The position numbers were made by a program, and so were the translations under genes. Shown in pieces: positions 42,303 through 56,470 of a stretch of 64,000 nt of DNA (position 1 is the first letter of the stretch; each line of letters begins with the position of its first letter). The notes under the pieces were generated by a model that saw nothing but the letters and a program-made list of their open reading frames with translations, did not search any database and was not told the origin of the DNA. The stretch comes from Eledone cirrhosa (Eukaryota). The stretch spans positions 143,158,001 to 143,222,000 of the forward strand of contig OZ024741.1 in assembly GCA_964016885.1 (NCBI GenBank). Direction: 5' to 3'.

Positions 42303-44918
42303 TTACTCTTTTACTCTTTTACCTGTTTCAGCCATCCGGCTGAGGCCATGCTGGGGCACCGCCCTTGTTGCTACACATTTTATCTCCAGCCTGTATAGGT
42401 TGGCCACTGGTGTAGGAGGGAGTTTGTTGCTGCTGCCCTTAGGTTTCCCTCGTGTCTTGCTGTGGGCTCATCCGGGATCCTGGATAACAAGGTGTCGAGA
42501 TGTTTCTTAAAGACATCCACCTCCACGTCATGCAAGTCTCGCAGATGCCTCGGCAGCCTGTTGAAGAGTTGAGGGCCCTTGAATCCCAGGCTATTGCAAT
42601 ACCTGCTCCTTATTCTAGATGTGGAAGACGGGACCTTTGGCACCACACAGTGACGTCCTGTTCGACAGTTGGTCCAGCTCCCAATGCCAAAGTTTGGTGC
42701 TAGTCCCTCCAGGATTTTCCACATGTAGATCACTGCGTATCTCTCCCGTCTTCGCTCCAAGGAGTAGAGGTTTAGTTCCTTCAGCCTCTCCCAGTAGCTT
42801 GTCTCCCTCATCTTGGCAATCCTCTTGGTGTAGCTTCGCTGGATTGCCTCAAGCTCTGTGGTTAGTTTGACACTATGGGGTGACCACAGCTGGGAGCAGT
42901 AGTCCAGGCGGCTTAGGACAAAAGTCCTCCACAGTGTCAACATGGTGTCTCGATCTCTTGTAAGGAAAGTCCTCAAGATCCAGCCAGCGAATCGTCTACA
43001 TGCTGTCGCCACCTTCATGATGTGTGAAGAAAAAGATGCATCATCGCTCATGTCTATGCCCAGGTCTCGTATCGATTTTGACACGGGGATATCGGTCCCT
43101 CCTGGTCCTGTGTACCGCTATATTTGTGTTTGTGTTTGCAGGTTTGTATTGTAGGGCTTGGAATTTGCCAGCATTAAACTGCATATTGTTTTCTTCCGCC
43201 CATCTGTATATGGCATCCAGATCCTGCTGTAAGAGGGCAGCGTCAGCCGGGTTTTTGATTGCCTGTGCTACCTTAGTGTCATCAGCATAGCTAGTGAGGG
43301 ATGTTGTTGCATGCACCACAGAGGGCATGTCCGAGAGAGCCACCAAAAACAGTAGTGGTCCCAGGACTGTCCCCTGAGGCACCCCACTTGTTATCGGTGT
43401 TTCCCTCGAGAGGGCCCCATTTGCTGCGACTGCCTGGCTTCTGTCCCTCAGGAAGCCATGCAGCCACTCACCTACTTTTCCAGTTATGCCGAGTCCGTGT
43501 AGTTTGTGACATATCATTCCGTGGTCGACCTTGTCAAAGGCCTTCGCAAAGTCAAGATATATCACGTCTACATGTGAGCTGTCTAGTAGCTGTCTCAGTA
43601 CCCAGTCGTAGTGATGTAGCAGCTGTGTAAGGCAGCTTCTTCCTGGGCGGAAGCCATGTTGCGTGCTAGTCAGGCGGTCATTTTCTTCGAGGAAAGTGAT
43701 TAGTTTCTTTCTGACGACTCGCTCCATGACCTTACTGATATGCGACGTCAGGGAGACTGGCCTATAGTTCTTGGCCTCCGCTCTACTACCTCCCTTATGG
43801 ATAGGGCATATTGTGCCTTCTTTCAGCTCCCTAGGTAGTACACCGCTAGCCAAGGAGCTTCTGAAGAGCATCTTCAGTGGAGTTGCTAAGGCCCGCTTAC
43901 ATATTTTTAGGAGAACTGCTGGGAATCCATCAGGTCCAGCAGCCGAGTCTGTTCTAATTTCATCAATGGCGTACACCACATCCTCCTCCGTTATGTCTAT
44001 GTGGTTGATGGTTGCCATTTCTTGATGTAGTGTTGTGGCATCAAAGAACTCCTCTGGCTTCGTTATTTGCATGTGCCTCAGTGGACATGTGAAGACACTT
44101 TTGTACTGTTCGTTCAGTATTTCACATATCTCTTGGGGATTTTCGGTTAATGAACCGTCCGTGTGGAAGAGTGGTCCAATCTTGCAGTGTACTGAGGCAG
44201 TTTCTTTTGCAAATTTAACGAAGGCCTTAGGGTTTGTTTTAATGTTTTCTATGGCCCTGTTCTCTTTCCTTGCCCTCTGATTCTCATGTGAAAGCTTGAG
44301 TGCAATCTCGGTGTCAAGTAGTGCACGTTTCAAATAGGATTCCTTCTTGTTTTGGTTTTGTTGACTATTCAACTGGTTTGAGAGTTTAGTTCTACGTCTC
44401 ATAAGGATTTTCCTATCTCTGGGAATAAGATTTTTGTGTCTGTTTGCCTCTTTCTCCGGGACACACTTTTTGCATATGGTGTGTATCGTTGTCATGAAGT
44501 GTTGAAATTGTGTGTTAGTGTCTTGTGTGGCGATGTTTGCACTCCATGTTTGCTTCCGGATTTCACTCTTAATCTTCTTCCAGTCAGCCCCGTAGAAGTT
44601 AAGGCTGGATAGCGTCCCGGAGCTTCTTGGTGGTTTTGTCTCTGTTGGTTCTCTTGGACCACATATCATTAGCTCTACCAAGTTATGATCCGAGAGAATT
44701 GTTGGTGTCACCTTTACATTGTGGATGAGCACTTCGTTGTTTGTAAAACAGAGGTCCAGGACATTTTCGCCTCTTGTTGGGAGGAGTATTGCTTGCTCCA
44801 TGAACAGCCTGTGTGTGAGGGCCAGCAGGGATTCCGTCTGTCTCTGTTCTATTGACGTCATTCCAGGGAGGAGGTGGCCCTCAGGCCATTTGACCTTTGG
44901 TAGGTTGAAGTCTCCCAG
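42303..44918 (-). mobile_element. CR1-group LINE (second family), 5'-truncated in the endonuclease, one frameshift near 43110
   Basis: [58 protein letters not shown]; 3' stem-loop and (TAAAAGAG)n tail. Confidence 0.93.
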
Positions 44919-44939
44919 TATATATATATATATATACAT

Positions 44940-44976
<37 letters not shown>

Positions 44977-45054
44977 GCATATATATATATATATATACAT
45001 ACAACTTATACATACATACGATATATATATATACATACAATATATATATATATA

Positions 45055-45928
45055 CAAGCAAACAGCCACAGGAAACAAGTACCACCAATCTCTGGGAGGG
45101 CCCTGTAGAAACAGTAGACAGCTTCTGCTACCTAGGTGACCGAATTAGCAACGGAGGTGGGTGCTCAGAAAGTACAATAACTAGGGTAAGAACGGGATGG
45201 AAGAAGTTTAGGGAACTACTACCACTGCTAGCTGCAAAAGGCTTCTCCCTCAGAATGAAAGGCAGACTGTATGATGCGTGTATCCGAACAGCGATGTTGC
45301 ATGGTAGTGAGACCTGGGCGCTGAAGGTGGAAGACTTACGTAGATTAGAGAGAAACGAAGCCTGCATGCTCCGATGGATGTGTAACAGTAATATACGTGA
45401 ACGACAAAGCATAAATGAATTGAGAGAGAGACTGAGCATAAGAGGAATCAAATGCTGCGTGCAGGAGAGGCGGTTACGCTGGTATGGACATGTGATGCGT
45501 ATGAAGGATGACAGCTGCATAAAAAGGTGCAGAGCACTAGAAGTTGATGGAAACCGCGGAGTGGGGAGACCCAAGATGACTTGGGATGAGGTGATAAAAG
45601 CCGACCTTACCCAACTACACCTCCCAAAGTCAATGACACACGACCGTGACTTCTGGCGTCACGCAGTAATACAGGGTACCCGACCTCCCATGGGTACATG
45701 CTGAAGCATATAAACAATATTGTTTATATGCATATTGTTTATATGCTTCAGCATGTACCCATGGGAGGTCGGGTACCCTGTATTACTGCGTGACGCCAGA
45801 AGTCACGGTCGTGTGTCATTGACTTTGGGAGGTGTAGTTGGGTAAGGTCGGCTTTTATCACCTCATCCCAAGTCATCTTGGGTCTCCCCACTCCGCGGTT
45901 TCCATCAACTTCTAGTGCTCTGCACCTT
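45055..45928. mobile_element. RTE subfamily C fragment (plus, 45055-45720) with a local foldback copy (minus, 45731-45928)
   Basis: ORF 45255-45704; the inverted copy shares the LPKSMT variant. Confidence 0.88.
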
Positions 45929-45934
45929 ATACAT

Positions 45935-47735
45935 ATCATCATCATCATCATCATCACCGTTTTACGTCCGTTCTTCCACGCTAGCATGGGTTAGACGGGT
46001 TGTCCTGTTGTGGGCAGTGTCTGGTCGGCTGACCATGCCTTGCTCATACAGGAACTGATCTGGCTTGATTTCTACAGCTGGATGCCCTTCCTAACACCAA
46101 CCTCATTCACAGTGAGTGCTGGGTGCTTTTTCGTGGCGCCTACACGTCCACTTTACAGTGTGGGCTGGGTGCTTTTTTTTGCCGTGGCACCTCCACGACC
46201 ACCTTGCGGTGGGGGGAGTGGGGGCATATTGTTTATATGCTTCAGCATGTACCCATGGGAGGTCGGGTACCCTGTATTACTGCATGACGCCAGAAGTCAC
46301 GGTCGTGTGTCATTGTCTTTGAGAGGTGTAGTTGGGTAAGGTCGGCTTTTATCACCTCATCCCAAGTCATCTTGGGTTTCCCCACTCCGCGGTTTCCATC
46401 AACTTCTAGTGCTCTGCACCTTTTTATGCAGCTGTCATCCTTCATACGCATCACATGTCCATACCAGCGCAACTGCCTCTCCTGCACGCACCATTTGATT
46501 CCTCTTATGCTCAGTCTCTCTCTCAATTCCTTTATGCTTTGTCGTTCACGTATATTACTGTTACACATCCATCGGAGCATGCAGGCTTCGTTTCTCTCTA
46601 ATCTACGTAAGTCTTCCACCTTCAGCGCCCAGGTCTCACTACCATGCAACATCGCTGTTCGGATACACGCATCATACAGTCTGCCTTTCATTCTGAGGGA
46701 GAAGCCTTTTGCAGCTAGCAGTGGTAGTAGTTCCCTAAACTTCTTCCATCCCGTTCTTACCCTAGTTATTGTACTTTCTGAGCACCCACCTCCGTTGCTA
46801 ATTCGGTCACCTAGGTAGCAGAAGCTGTCTACTGTTTCTACAGGGCCCTCCCAGAGATTGGTGGTACTTGTTTCCTGTGGCTGTTTGCTTGCTGTTTCAG
46901 CACAGCTGCTGCATGTGAATCCTACATTCTTAATTAAGCTTCCTGAGATCCCGCTACATCTCTTGTGTACCCATTGTTTGCATTGGGGCAGAGAATGGAG
47001 TTCCTACCTACACCTTTCCTACATACTGAGCAAGGCCATTTCCCTGAGGGGATCTGGGTTCTGTTTTCTCGTCTACTTACAAGGACCTTAGTCTTTCTCA
47101 TGTTGACTTTGAGGCCCTTTCTCTCTAGTCCCTGCTTCCAGGTTTGGAATTTATTCTCTAGTTCTACCATAAATTCAGCTATGAGTGCGAGGTCATCAGC
47201 ATACAGGAGTTCCCATGGGCATCCGGTCTTAAACTCCTCCATTATTGCCTGCAGGACTATGATGAACAGGAGAGGGCTAAGAACAGAGCCCTGGTGGACC
47301 CCAACCTGTACGCTAAATTCTTCGCTATACTCATTGCTAATCCTAACTTTGCTGACTGCTCCCCTATACATGGCTTGTACCGCTTTCACAAGCCATTCAT
47401 CTACTCCTAGTTTTCTAAGAGCCCACCAGATTACTGCACGTGGAACTCTGTCAAAGGCTTTCTCAAGGTCGACAAATGCCAAGTAGAGTGGCTTACTTTT
47501 AGCTAGGTACTTTTCCTGTAATTGCCTCACAAGGAAGAGGGCATCAGTGGTGCCTCTCCCTGGTACAAACCCAAATTGCATCTCGTCTATATTCACCCGG
47601 TCCCTAATCAGCTGTGCTATAACTCTTTCTGTTACTTTCATGACCTGGTCCATCAACTTTATACCTCTATAGTTTCCTCTATCTAGTGTATCGCCTTTAC
47701 CTTTGTAGCAGTTGACAATGATGCTACTGCACTAT
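45935..47735 (-). mobile_element. RTE subfamily C, 5'-truncated, RT through 3' tail
   Basis: ORFs 46934-47656 and 46242-46691. Confidence 0.92.
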
Positions 47736-47778
47736 AGATGTATATATACATATATATATATATATACATATATATACA

Positions 47779-47828
<50 letters not shown>

Positions 47829-47833
47829 TATAC

Positions 47834-47880
<47 letters not shown>

Positions 47881-48036
47881 CATCCATACATATATACATA
47901 TTTATATACATCCATACATATATACATATTTATATACATCCATACATATATACATATTTATATACATCCATACATATATACATATATTTATATACATCCA
48001 TACATATATACATTTATATACATATATACATATATA

Positions 48037-48076
<40 letters not shown>

Positions 48077-48263
48077 CATATATATATACATATATATATA
48101 TACATACATATATATATACATATATATATACATATATATATATACATACATATGTATATATATATATATACATATATATGTACATATATATATACATATA
48201 TATATATATATACATACATATATATATATATATATACATACATATATATATATATATACATAC

Positions 48264-48312
<49 letters not shown>

Positions 48313-48538
48313 CATATATATATATACATATATACATATATATATATATACATACATATATATATATACATATATACATATATATATATACACATATATA
48401 TATATATACATACATATATATATATACATACATATATATATACATATATATATACATATATATATACATATATATATACATATATATATACATATACATA
48501 CATATATATATATACATATACATACATATATATATACG

Positions 48539-48597
<59 letters not shown>

Positions 48598-48606
48598 ATA
48601 TATATA

Positions 48607-48802
48607 TAGGAATGAGTAGGATGCCGACGGCTGAGCTCAAGCCTTTTCGACGGCTAAATCTGGACGAATTAGAATTAGCCGTCGAAACGGCTTCAGCTCA
48701 GCCGCCGGGGTCCTACTCGTTCCTATTACCCACTCTACTACCCTAAGTATTGAGTACTTTGGTGCGTTATGGTCCATCTGGTTCCTTACCACATTTCCTT
48801 CG

Positions 48803-48804
<2 letters not shown>
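48607..48804 (+). mobile_element. Minimal TAGGAA-family foldback: ~50-bp imperfect arms (48607-48726) plus ~78-bp tail
   Basis: TAGGAATGAGTAGGATGCCG...CGGGGTCCTACTCGTTCCTA followed by the TTACCCACTCTACTACCC tail. Confidence 0.75.
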
Positions 48805-48837
<33 letters not shown>

Positions 48838-48839
48838 CA

Positions 48840-49590
48840 TACAAGAGATGCAGCGGGATAGCAGGCAAACTAACAGGTAGGGAGAAATATGTATGCAGTA
48901 CATGTACAGGGAAATTAGACAGTAGAAGTCGCACTGATAGACACATTTTTCAAATGTAGGAGGGCGCTATAGAAGTGGTGGATAGCTTCCGGTACCTAGT
49001 AGATCAGATTAGCATGGGAGGAGGGTGTTCCGAGGCCATAGTATCTAGAATAAGGACGGGTTGGAAGAAGTTTAGGGAGCTGCTTCCTCTGTTGACGAAG
49101 AAGGGTTTCTCCCTGCATACGAAAGGTCGGTTGTATGATGCCCGTGTGAGGAGCGCGATGCTGCATGGTAGTGAGACATGCAGAGGATATGCGACGGCTG
49201 GAGAGAAATGAGGCAAGCATGCTCTGTTGGATGTGCAGTGTAAATGTGCGTGAACGACGCATCATAAATGTGTTGAGAGAGAAACTATGTCTGAGAGGGA
49301 TAGAATGTAGTGTACGGGAGAGGAGACTGAGGTGGTATGGACATGTGATGCACATGGAGGATGACCGATGGGTGAAGAAGTGCCAGGAAATGCCAGTTGA
49401 AGGAAGATGTGGTAGAGGTAGACCACGAAAGACATGGGCGGAGGTGGTGAGAACAGACCTCAGATCATTGAAGCTCACGGTGGAGATGACGAAGGACCGT
49501 GACGAGTGGAGAGATGCTGTGCTGAATAAGACCCGTCCCACTCTTGCAAGCTGGGAAAAGCGGACGTAAAATGATGATGATGATGATGAC
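48840..49590 (+). mobile_element. RTE-B 3' fragment
   Basis: ORFs 48975-49211 and 49165-49569. Confidence 0.88.
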
Positions 49591-49809
49591 AATATATATA
49601 TATATATATATACATCATCATCATTTCATTTTACGTCCACTTTTCCCTGCTTGCAATGGTGGGACGGGAACTGATTCTGGCTTGATTTCTACAGCTGGAT
49701 GCCCTTCCTAACACCAACCTCATTTACAGTGAGTGCTGGGTGCTTTTTTGCCGTGGCACCTTCACGACCACTTTGCATGATGGGGTCCCTATCATCTCAT
49801 TTCTACACC

Positions 49810-50414
49810 CAACAACCCGACCATGGGACAAGTTGTACTGGGATACATGTTACCAGTAGCACCAACTGCCGACCTGACATATACATATATATATGGTGGC
49901 TGCCAACTCGTTTTCGAGTATGGCCACTACTTTATATCCATGTAGGAGAACCCCTACCGATGTGCTAAACGAGTGTGACTTTTTCGTCCAGCCAGCGACT
50001 TCAAAACTCTGGTACAAACACTACATTTGTGACAATTATTGACACATAGTGCTAGGCCCATGGTACCAGGTGACGACAAGTGCAGAGAGATCTCCAGATA
50101 TAAAGCAATGCCTGTGCCGTGAAGCTTTTATAGTGAGCAAAGGCACTGCACAAAGCCAGTCCCACTCTCTTAACCAAGATGATATTTACCAAAAAGAAGA
50201 ACAAGTCAACATCATTGGATACCATCAGGGTTGCATGTATTATATCAGAGTTTTCCTTCTTCTAGAATTCTGCCTTGACAAAGGCTAAGGGGTCATCCCT
50301 CCCGGTGATTTTGGATGGCCATTGACGTTTAAGAGCTCCTTTGCCCTTTGACAGGTTTTGTTTTTAGTCCTTGGTGAGGAGGATGTCCAAAGTCACCCTC
50401 CTCACCAAGAAACC
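49810..50414 (-). mobile_element. ~610-bp retroposon: head fragment (49810-49878) next to a 5'-truncated copy (49893-50414)
   Basis: Homologous to 35000-35608. Confidence 0.75.
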
Positions 50415-50439
50415 TATATATATATATATACATACATAA

Positions 50440-50754
50440 TCATCATCATCATCATCATTTTACGTCCGCTTTTCCCTGCTTGCAAGGGTGGGACGGGAAC
50501 TGATTCTGGCTTGATTTCTACAGCTGGATGCCCTTCCTAACACCAACCTCATTTACAGTGAGTGCTGGGTGCTTTTTTGCCGTGGCACCTCCACGACCAC
50601 TTTGCAGTGGAATGATATGGACCCCAGTCCCTATCATCTCATTTCTACAGCCGAGTAAACTGGAGCAATGTGAAATAAAGTGTCTTGCTCAAGGAAACAA
50701 CACATCACCCGGTCTGAGAATTGAACTGCTCTAACCACTAAGCCATGTGCCTCC
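50440..50754 (-). mobile_element. tRNA/CORE-like/RTE-tail SINE with a deletion in the head
   Basis: Reverse complement of 19641-19986. Confidence 0.85.
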
Positions 50755-50799
50755 ATCATATACATATATATAATTACATATATATATACATATACAGAT

Positions 50800-51392
50800 A
50801 CGGTAGGTGTACATCAGGGTTCGGTCCTCAGCCCACTCTTGTTCATTATAGTCCTCCAAGCCATAACAGAGGAGTTTAAGACTGGATGCCCATGGGAACT
50901 TCTTTATGCTAATGATCTGGTTCTTATAGCAGTATCAGTAGAGGAGCTAGAGAATAAATTCTGGCTATGGAAACAGCAGTTGGAATCAAGAAGCCTGAGA
51001 GTGAACATAGCTAAAACAAAAGTGTTGATAAGTAGAAGAGAGGACAATACACTGATTCCATCGGGGAAATGGCCATGTTCAATATGTAGGAAATGAGCCG
51101 GCATAAATTCCATAAAATGTACGCTATGCAGATCTTGGGTACACAAGAGATGTAGTGGGATAGCAGGCAAACTAACAGGTAGGGAAAACTATGTCTGCAG
51201 TAGATGTACAGGGAAAGTTGGCAGTAGTAATCGTAGTGATAGACACATTTTTCCAATGCTGGTGGGTTCTATAGAAGCTTCCGGTACCTAGGTGATCAGA
51301 TTAGCATGGGAGTGGGATATTCTGAGGCCATAGTATCTAGAATAAGGACGGGTTGGAAGATGTTTAGGGAGCTGCTTCCTCTGCTGACGAAG

Positions 51393-51393
<1 letters not shown>
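50800..51393 (+). mobile_element. RTE-B internal RT fragment
   Basis: VHQGSVLSP...LLYAND...KWPCSIC. Confidence 0.85.
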
Positions 51394-51452
<59 letters not shown>

Positions 51453-51519
51453 TAAATATATACACGCATATATATATATACATACATACATATATATACA
51501 CATATTTATATATACATAT

Positions 51520-51742
51520 TGTTATACTTTGGGAGGGTCATGTTGCCAATAAGAAACACACGCACCAGATGCTTTCACTTCAATTTATTATAATAAATTT
51601 ATAAATTTCTGGTTGGTTGGTTCCACAACCAGATAGTTGTTTATATATTGTCATAGTTCTTTCGTCACACACTCTGTGACCTCTTCAGTGACTGGGGATT
51701 CCTTTCTTTGTTTCTGTCCTACGCCATTTTGTTATATATACA
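51520..51742 (-). mobile_element. Possible short solo LTR
   Basis: Non-repetitive ~220-bp island with TG...CA ends and AATAAA on the minus strand; no clear target-site duplication. Confidence 0.3.
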
Positions 51743-52085
51743 TACATATATATATATACACATATATTTATATATACATATATATATACACACACATATA
51801 TACATACACATATATATACATATACACATACGTATATATATACATACATACACATATATATATATACATACATACACATATATATACATACATACACATA
51901 TATATATACATACATACACATATATATATACATACATACACATATATATATACATACATACACATATATATATATACATACACATATATATACATACATA
52001 TACATACACATATATACATACATACATATATATATATACATACATACATACACATATATATATATATATACATATATATACATTT

Positions 52086-52152
<67 letters not shown>

Positions 52153-53630
52153 TTTATATATATATATATATATATACATTTTATATATATATATATATAT
52201 ACATTTTATATATTTCGAATTTTGTTATCGTGAACTTGTGCGCCGATTTTTCGATACTCGATTATTCTACTATATATATATATATATATACATTTTATAT
52301 ATATATATATATATACGCATCACCATCATTTTATGTCCGCTTTTCCCTTCTTGCAAGGGTGGGACGGGTCCTATTCAGCATCTCTCCACTTGTCACCGTC
52401 CTCCGTCATCACTTGTGTGTGTGTATATATATATATATATATACACACCTATATAATATATATACATATACATACATCTATACGCATATTTATACATATA
52501 CATATATCCTAAAAGATACACACATATCTATATATATATATATATACAGGGCATCACAAAAACTATACATACTGAATACTTGGATTTTACACACACCCAC
52601 ATATATACATATATATGTATATATATCTCACATATTCTCTCAAATATATACTAATTACACAGGAATGTTTCATTCGCATGAAATTATCAGGATGATAATT
52701 CTATACGAACAAAAAAGTTCTAGTTCCGTAGTAGTAATTTTTATATAAAATGTTTCTTCACCATTAACGTATTCAGTACCTTATCTAAATGTATTTTTTT
52801 CCGATCACCTTCGGAAAACCATCCATGGTTGTGTATATTATATAGTGTGTAGTTATAACTGACAACCGATCTCCTTTGAAGAAACATTTTGTCCTATTCA
52901 CCGGATGTATTTCGTATATGCAACCCCCCCCCCCCCCCCCCACACACACACACCCAGTCGTGTGTTGAGTAGCATACGAAATAAAACCGGTGAAACGAGA
53001 TTTATATTTATTACACACACACATATATATGTATATATCGCCATCATTTAGATACATGTATTCGTATAAATAGCTAATCATTTATATACAAATTAGAAAA
53101 CTAGCAAGTGAGTTGTATGTAAGTTCTAATTAAGTAATTAACTTATTTTGTTGGTTTTTATATAAAAATTAAAGCATTTCATTTTTTGGCATCTCATTCT
53201 ACGGCAATATAATTAACACCATGAATTACAAACATTGACAATGGTTGGTTTTAAGTTAGCCTATATATTATGTATGTGCATATATGTATAATCTAAGAAC
53301 AGTAAATTAAACAAGCAGTATGTTTATTGTGTCAAAAGATTGTATGTATGGTGGTTGTATATAATTATTTAGTATAGATAGTTAGATAAGGTTATCAGTA
53401 TGTTTGGGACTAAAAAACGGTATCACTATGTAGATATCGAGTAAAAAAAAATAGCCGCGTATGTTTGTATGTAGTATATAAAAAGGATCGATTTGAGCGA
53501 GTGGTTTGAAATGTTTATCATGATATATATGCATGCAGTTTCGAGTGTTTATAAGACATTTCTGAGAAAGAATGGGAAGGAATATATTTAGGTATACATT
53601 TAAAAAATAGAAAATTGGTAATGGGCTTAC

Positions 53631-54658
53631 CTTGGAGATGCATCTTCCCTCCTGACTCGATGTGGTGGAGTAGGTGTTCGAGATCTGTACCGTTTCCTAG
53701 CAGGAGAAATGGGACTGCTACCCCTCTGGTTCCGATAACCGAAAGTCTGTGTTCTTTCGATATAGGCTCTTGGCGTGTCTGGGTAAGCCCTTGGAGTGTC
53801 TGTGTAAGCCCTGGGGGTATCCGTATAGCCACGATTTTCATCATATGCCCTCGGAGGAGGTTCCGGAGAGAAGGGCCGACTGTGGTTTCCTTTTCTGTTG
53901 CGACTCCGTCGTCGGCTAGAAGACTGAGCCCCGATAGCATGGTCGCGTGTTTCACTGCGATAATGATATTGGGGACTGCGGTTGTAGCTTGCTTCAGGCC
54001 TTACAGGAGACTGGATTTCCGAATAAGCTCTAGGTGTTTCAATGTACGCTGGCCGAGACACTTCGGCATAGGCCTTCGGAATTTCGCAATACCTTCTCGG
54101 TGAAGAAATTGACTCCACATAGGAAGTTCTGTCGTGTCGGTCCAAGCGATCTCGGTCAGATGACCGTGACTGTGGAGGCGGAGGTGGCGCTTGTTGGAGC
54201 TGTGGATGTGATTCCGTAGGCGAGTAACGATGGCCTTTCTTGCTCTTCTTGCGGTTCTGCTGATGGTAAGTGGTTGGACTTCTACTTCGACTCCTCCTAC
54301 TATCCAGCATTGCAGGCGAGTTGCTGTGACTTCTCTCAGTCAGGTACATCTTAATGGCCGTTGCCGGAGACTGTCCCCGTTTGTCTCGTTCCCTGTTCGA
54401 CGCAACCCTGCTGCTTGGGTGACCAGAAACCGGTCCACAATCAATAGGTGACTCAAGGTTGGAATCCGAAGACAATTCATCATAGTCTACTAGTGGCTTG
54501 GTCGACGAACTAGATTTTTCTCTTTCGCGTATCCGCTTTTTTTTCGATTTGTGTTTTTGTTTCTTGTGCTTCTTTAAACTTGATGGCACCAAATGGGCGT
54601 AGGCCCGTGCATCATACTCATCATAGACGAGGCCTCTGTGGCTTCGTGTACCAGGCAT
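53631..54658 (-). CDS. CDK12: First coding exon of a CDK12/CDK13-like cyclin-dependent kinase (N-terminal K/H-rich and RS-rich region)
   Basis: KKHKKQKHKSKKKR then KPLVDYDELSSDS (recalled human CDK12 motif: KPLVEYDDISSDS); RS/SP-rich; ends at a consensus donor CCAAG|GTAAG in phase 2. The kinase domain is not in the window. Confidence 0.85.
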
Positions 54659-55300
54659 CGTCCACTAAAAACCACACTGTGGTTGTTTCTATTGTTGGTT
54701 TAAGCTGAACTTGTTGCACATGACGCTGTCGCAAGATGGCTCGATAACCCTCTGTTTTAAAAAATATCTCAATTAAACCGCCCGTTTCTTTACGAATGGA
54801 AATTATTTCTGAATTTAAGCAAATAAAATAAGGTTAGTGGTTCAAAAATATAATAAGGGAAGATGTTTTATACTATTTAAATGTAATTAATGAGGGAATT
54901 GTTATATTATCATAAGGAAGAGAAAGCACAACAACGGGGGGGAATGATCTCATTAAATTTTCACCGGTATTGAGATAATCACACCGTATTTACTAAAAAT
55001 AACTTTTTCATTAGATTTAGTAATCCATATTCTAACAAAAACATAAGTAGATGACTAAAATAATAACGAATCTATTAGAATTTTATCCGATTTTCTTTTC
55101 TATAGTTAACACTATATACAACTGTCGCCATTTTACTTTGATTCTTCTACACCTCCAGAACGCAATGGATTCTGGGGAAAACCTCACAAAACAATGACGT
55201 AGTTCACATGTTGAAATTATATTCTTTTTTTTTTTCAGTTGGAATTTTTCCCTAGTTTTTCTCTCCACAGCATTTGCAAATTACATCTTGAAAAAAAGTA
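54659..55300 (-). promoter_or_regulatory. Probable CDK12 5'UTR/promoter
   Basis: Repeat-free sequence; YY1-like CGCCATTTT at ~55126; TGACGT at ~55196. Confidence 0.4.
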
Positions 55301-56163
55301 AGCAGGTTTCAATCGTTATTTTTATATACAATCAGAATAGAGATTAGAATAAATGTTCTTTTCCCCCCCTTCTTCTTAAAGTCTAATTACTGCACATGAG
55401 TATTATGAATTAATAACACACTAACTTGATCGATGAATATTTTTAAAATTATTATTGCCATATACGATATATTTATATATATATTCTATTATAGAACTAG
55501 ATCCTGTCATAAAACGTCAGCAAGCTAAGTGACTTGAGTTCACTCCTGTGAGGTTAAGTAAAGTACCAAATAATTCAATCAAATTCCCGTAACTGGACCA
55601 GCCAGTCATTTGGGTGCCACTTTGTGTGTTTGACTGTGTCCATCATGACATTTCAGTGAGCTTTAAAAGTGCTTGGCAGTGTCCACCTTCTCTGCCATAT
55701 AATTACTGGATTATAAATAAATAATATATACGTATATAGTTCATTATTATTATATATATAGAGAGAGATGTATGTGTATATATATCATGCGCATCACATG
55801 CCCATATCCAAGCAGTCTTCTCTCTTGCACACCACTCTAGTTCCTTTTAAACCCCGGGGTTCTACATTCATCAGCTTCTCTTAGTGACATTTCCAAGCCT
55901 CTTTCTTTTGAGCATCAATAGTGTTGAGTGCACCAATGTCATTTCTAACACACTTTCCCCCAACATGGCGGTCTACTTGAGAAGGGAGCCCCGTGAGGTG
56001 GATTGTCTCTGGCCATTATCTGCGGGGCGCGGCCGACGCACTACTCAGACTTGAGTGTAGTGTCTGTCTCTCCTCTCCCTTTCTTCCGCTGCTTCATCCC
56101 CTTGTTTTGTTCTTTCTAATAGTGTGTTTTGTATTTATTAGATACTGCTCAATAATCTTTATA

Positions 56164-56345
56164 TAATTGTTTCTACTTTGGGCACAAGGCCAGCAATTAT
56201 CTTCAGTGTATTACTGGTACTTTATTTTATCGACCCCGTAAGGATGAAAGGCAAAGTTAACCTCGGCGGGATTTAAACCATAAAGGGTCGTAACTCTTTG
56301 CTGCAAAGCATGCTGTCCGACCCTCTACCGATACTGCCAATCCAC
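56164..56345 (-). mobile_element. Second-family SINE
   Basis: Reverse complement of 39960-40143. Confidence 0.8.
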
Positions 56346-56470
56346 CTTATATAATGTATCCCGATTCACATCGATACACTGCCTTGCAATGCAGAACAAT
56401 TCACGTCACTGATTCTCACGTCGCAATACATTGACAAATGTTTTTTTTTTCAGTCATTTTCCGAGCTCTG

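Noticed and set aside
53615-54103. Plus-strand 162-aa ORF and alternative-frame ORFs over the CDK12 exon
   Set aside because: Shadow ORFs of GC-richer coding sequence.
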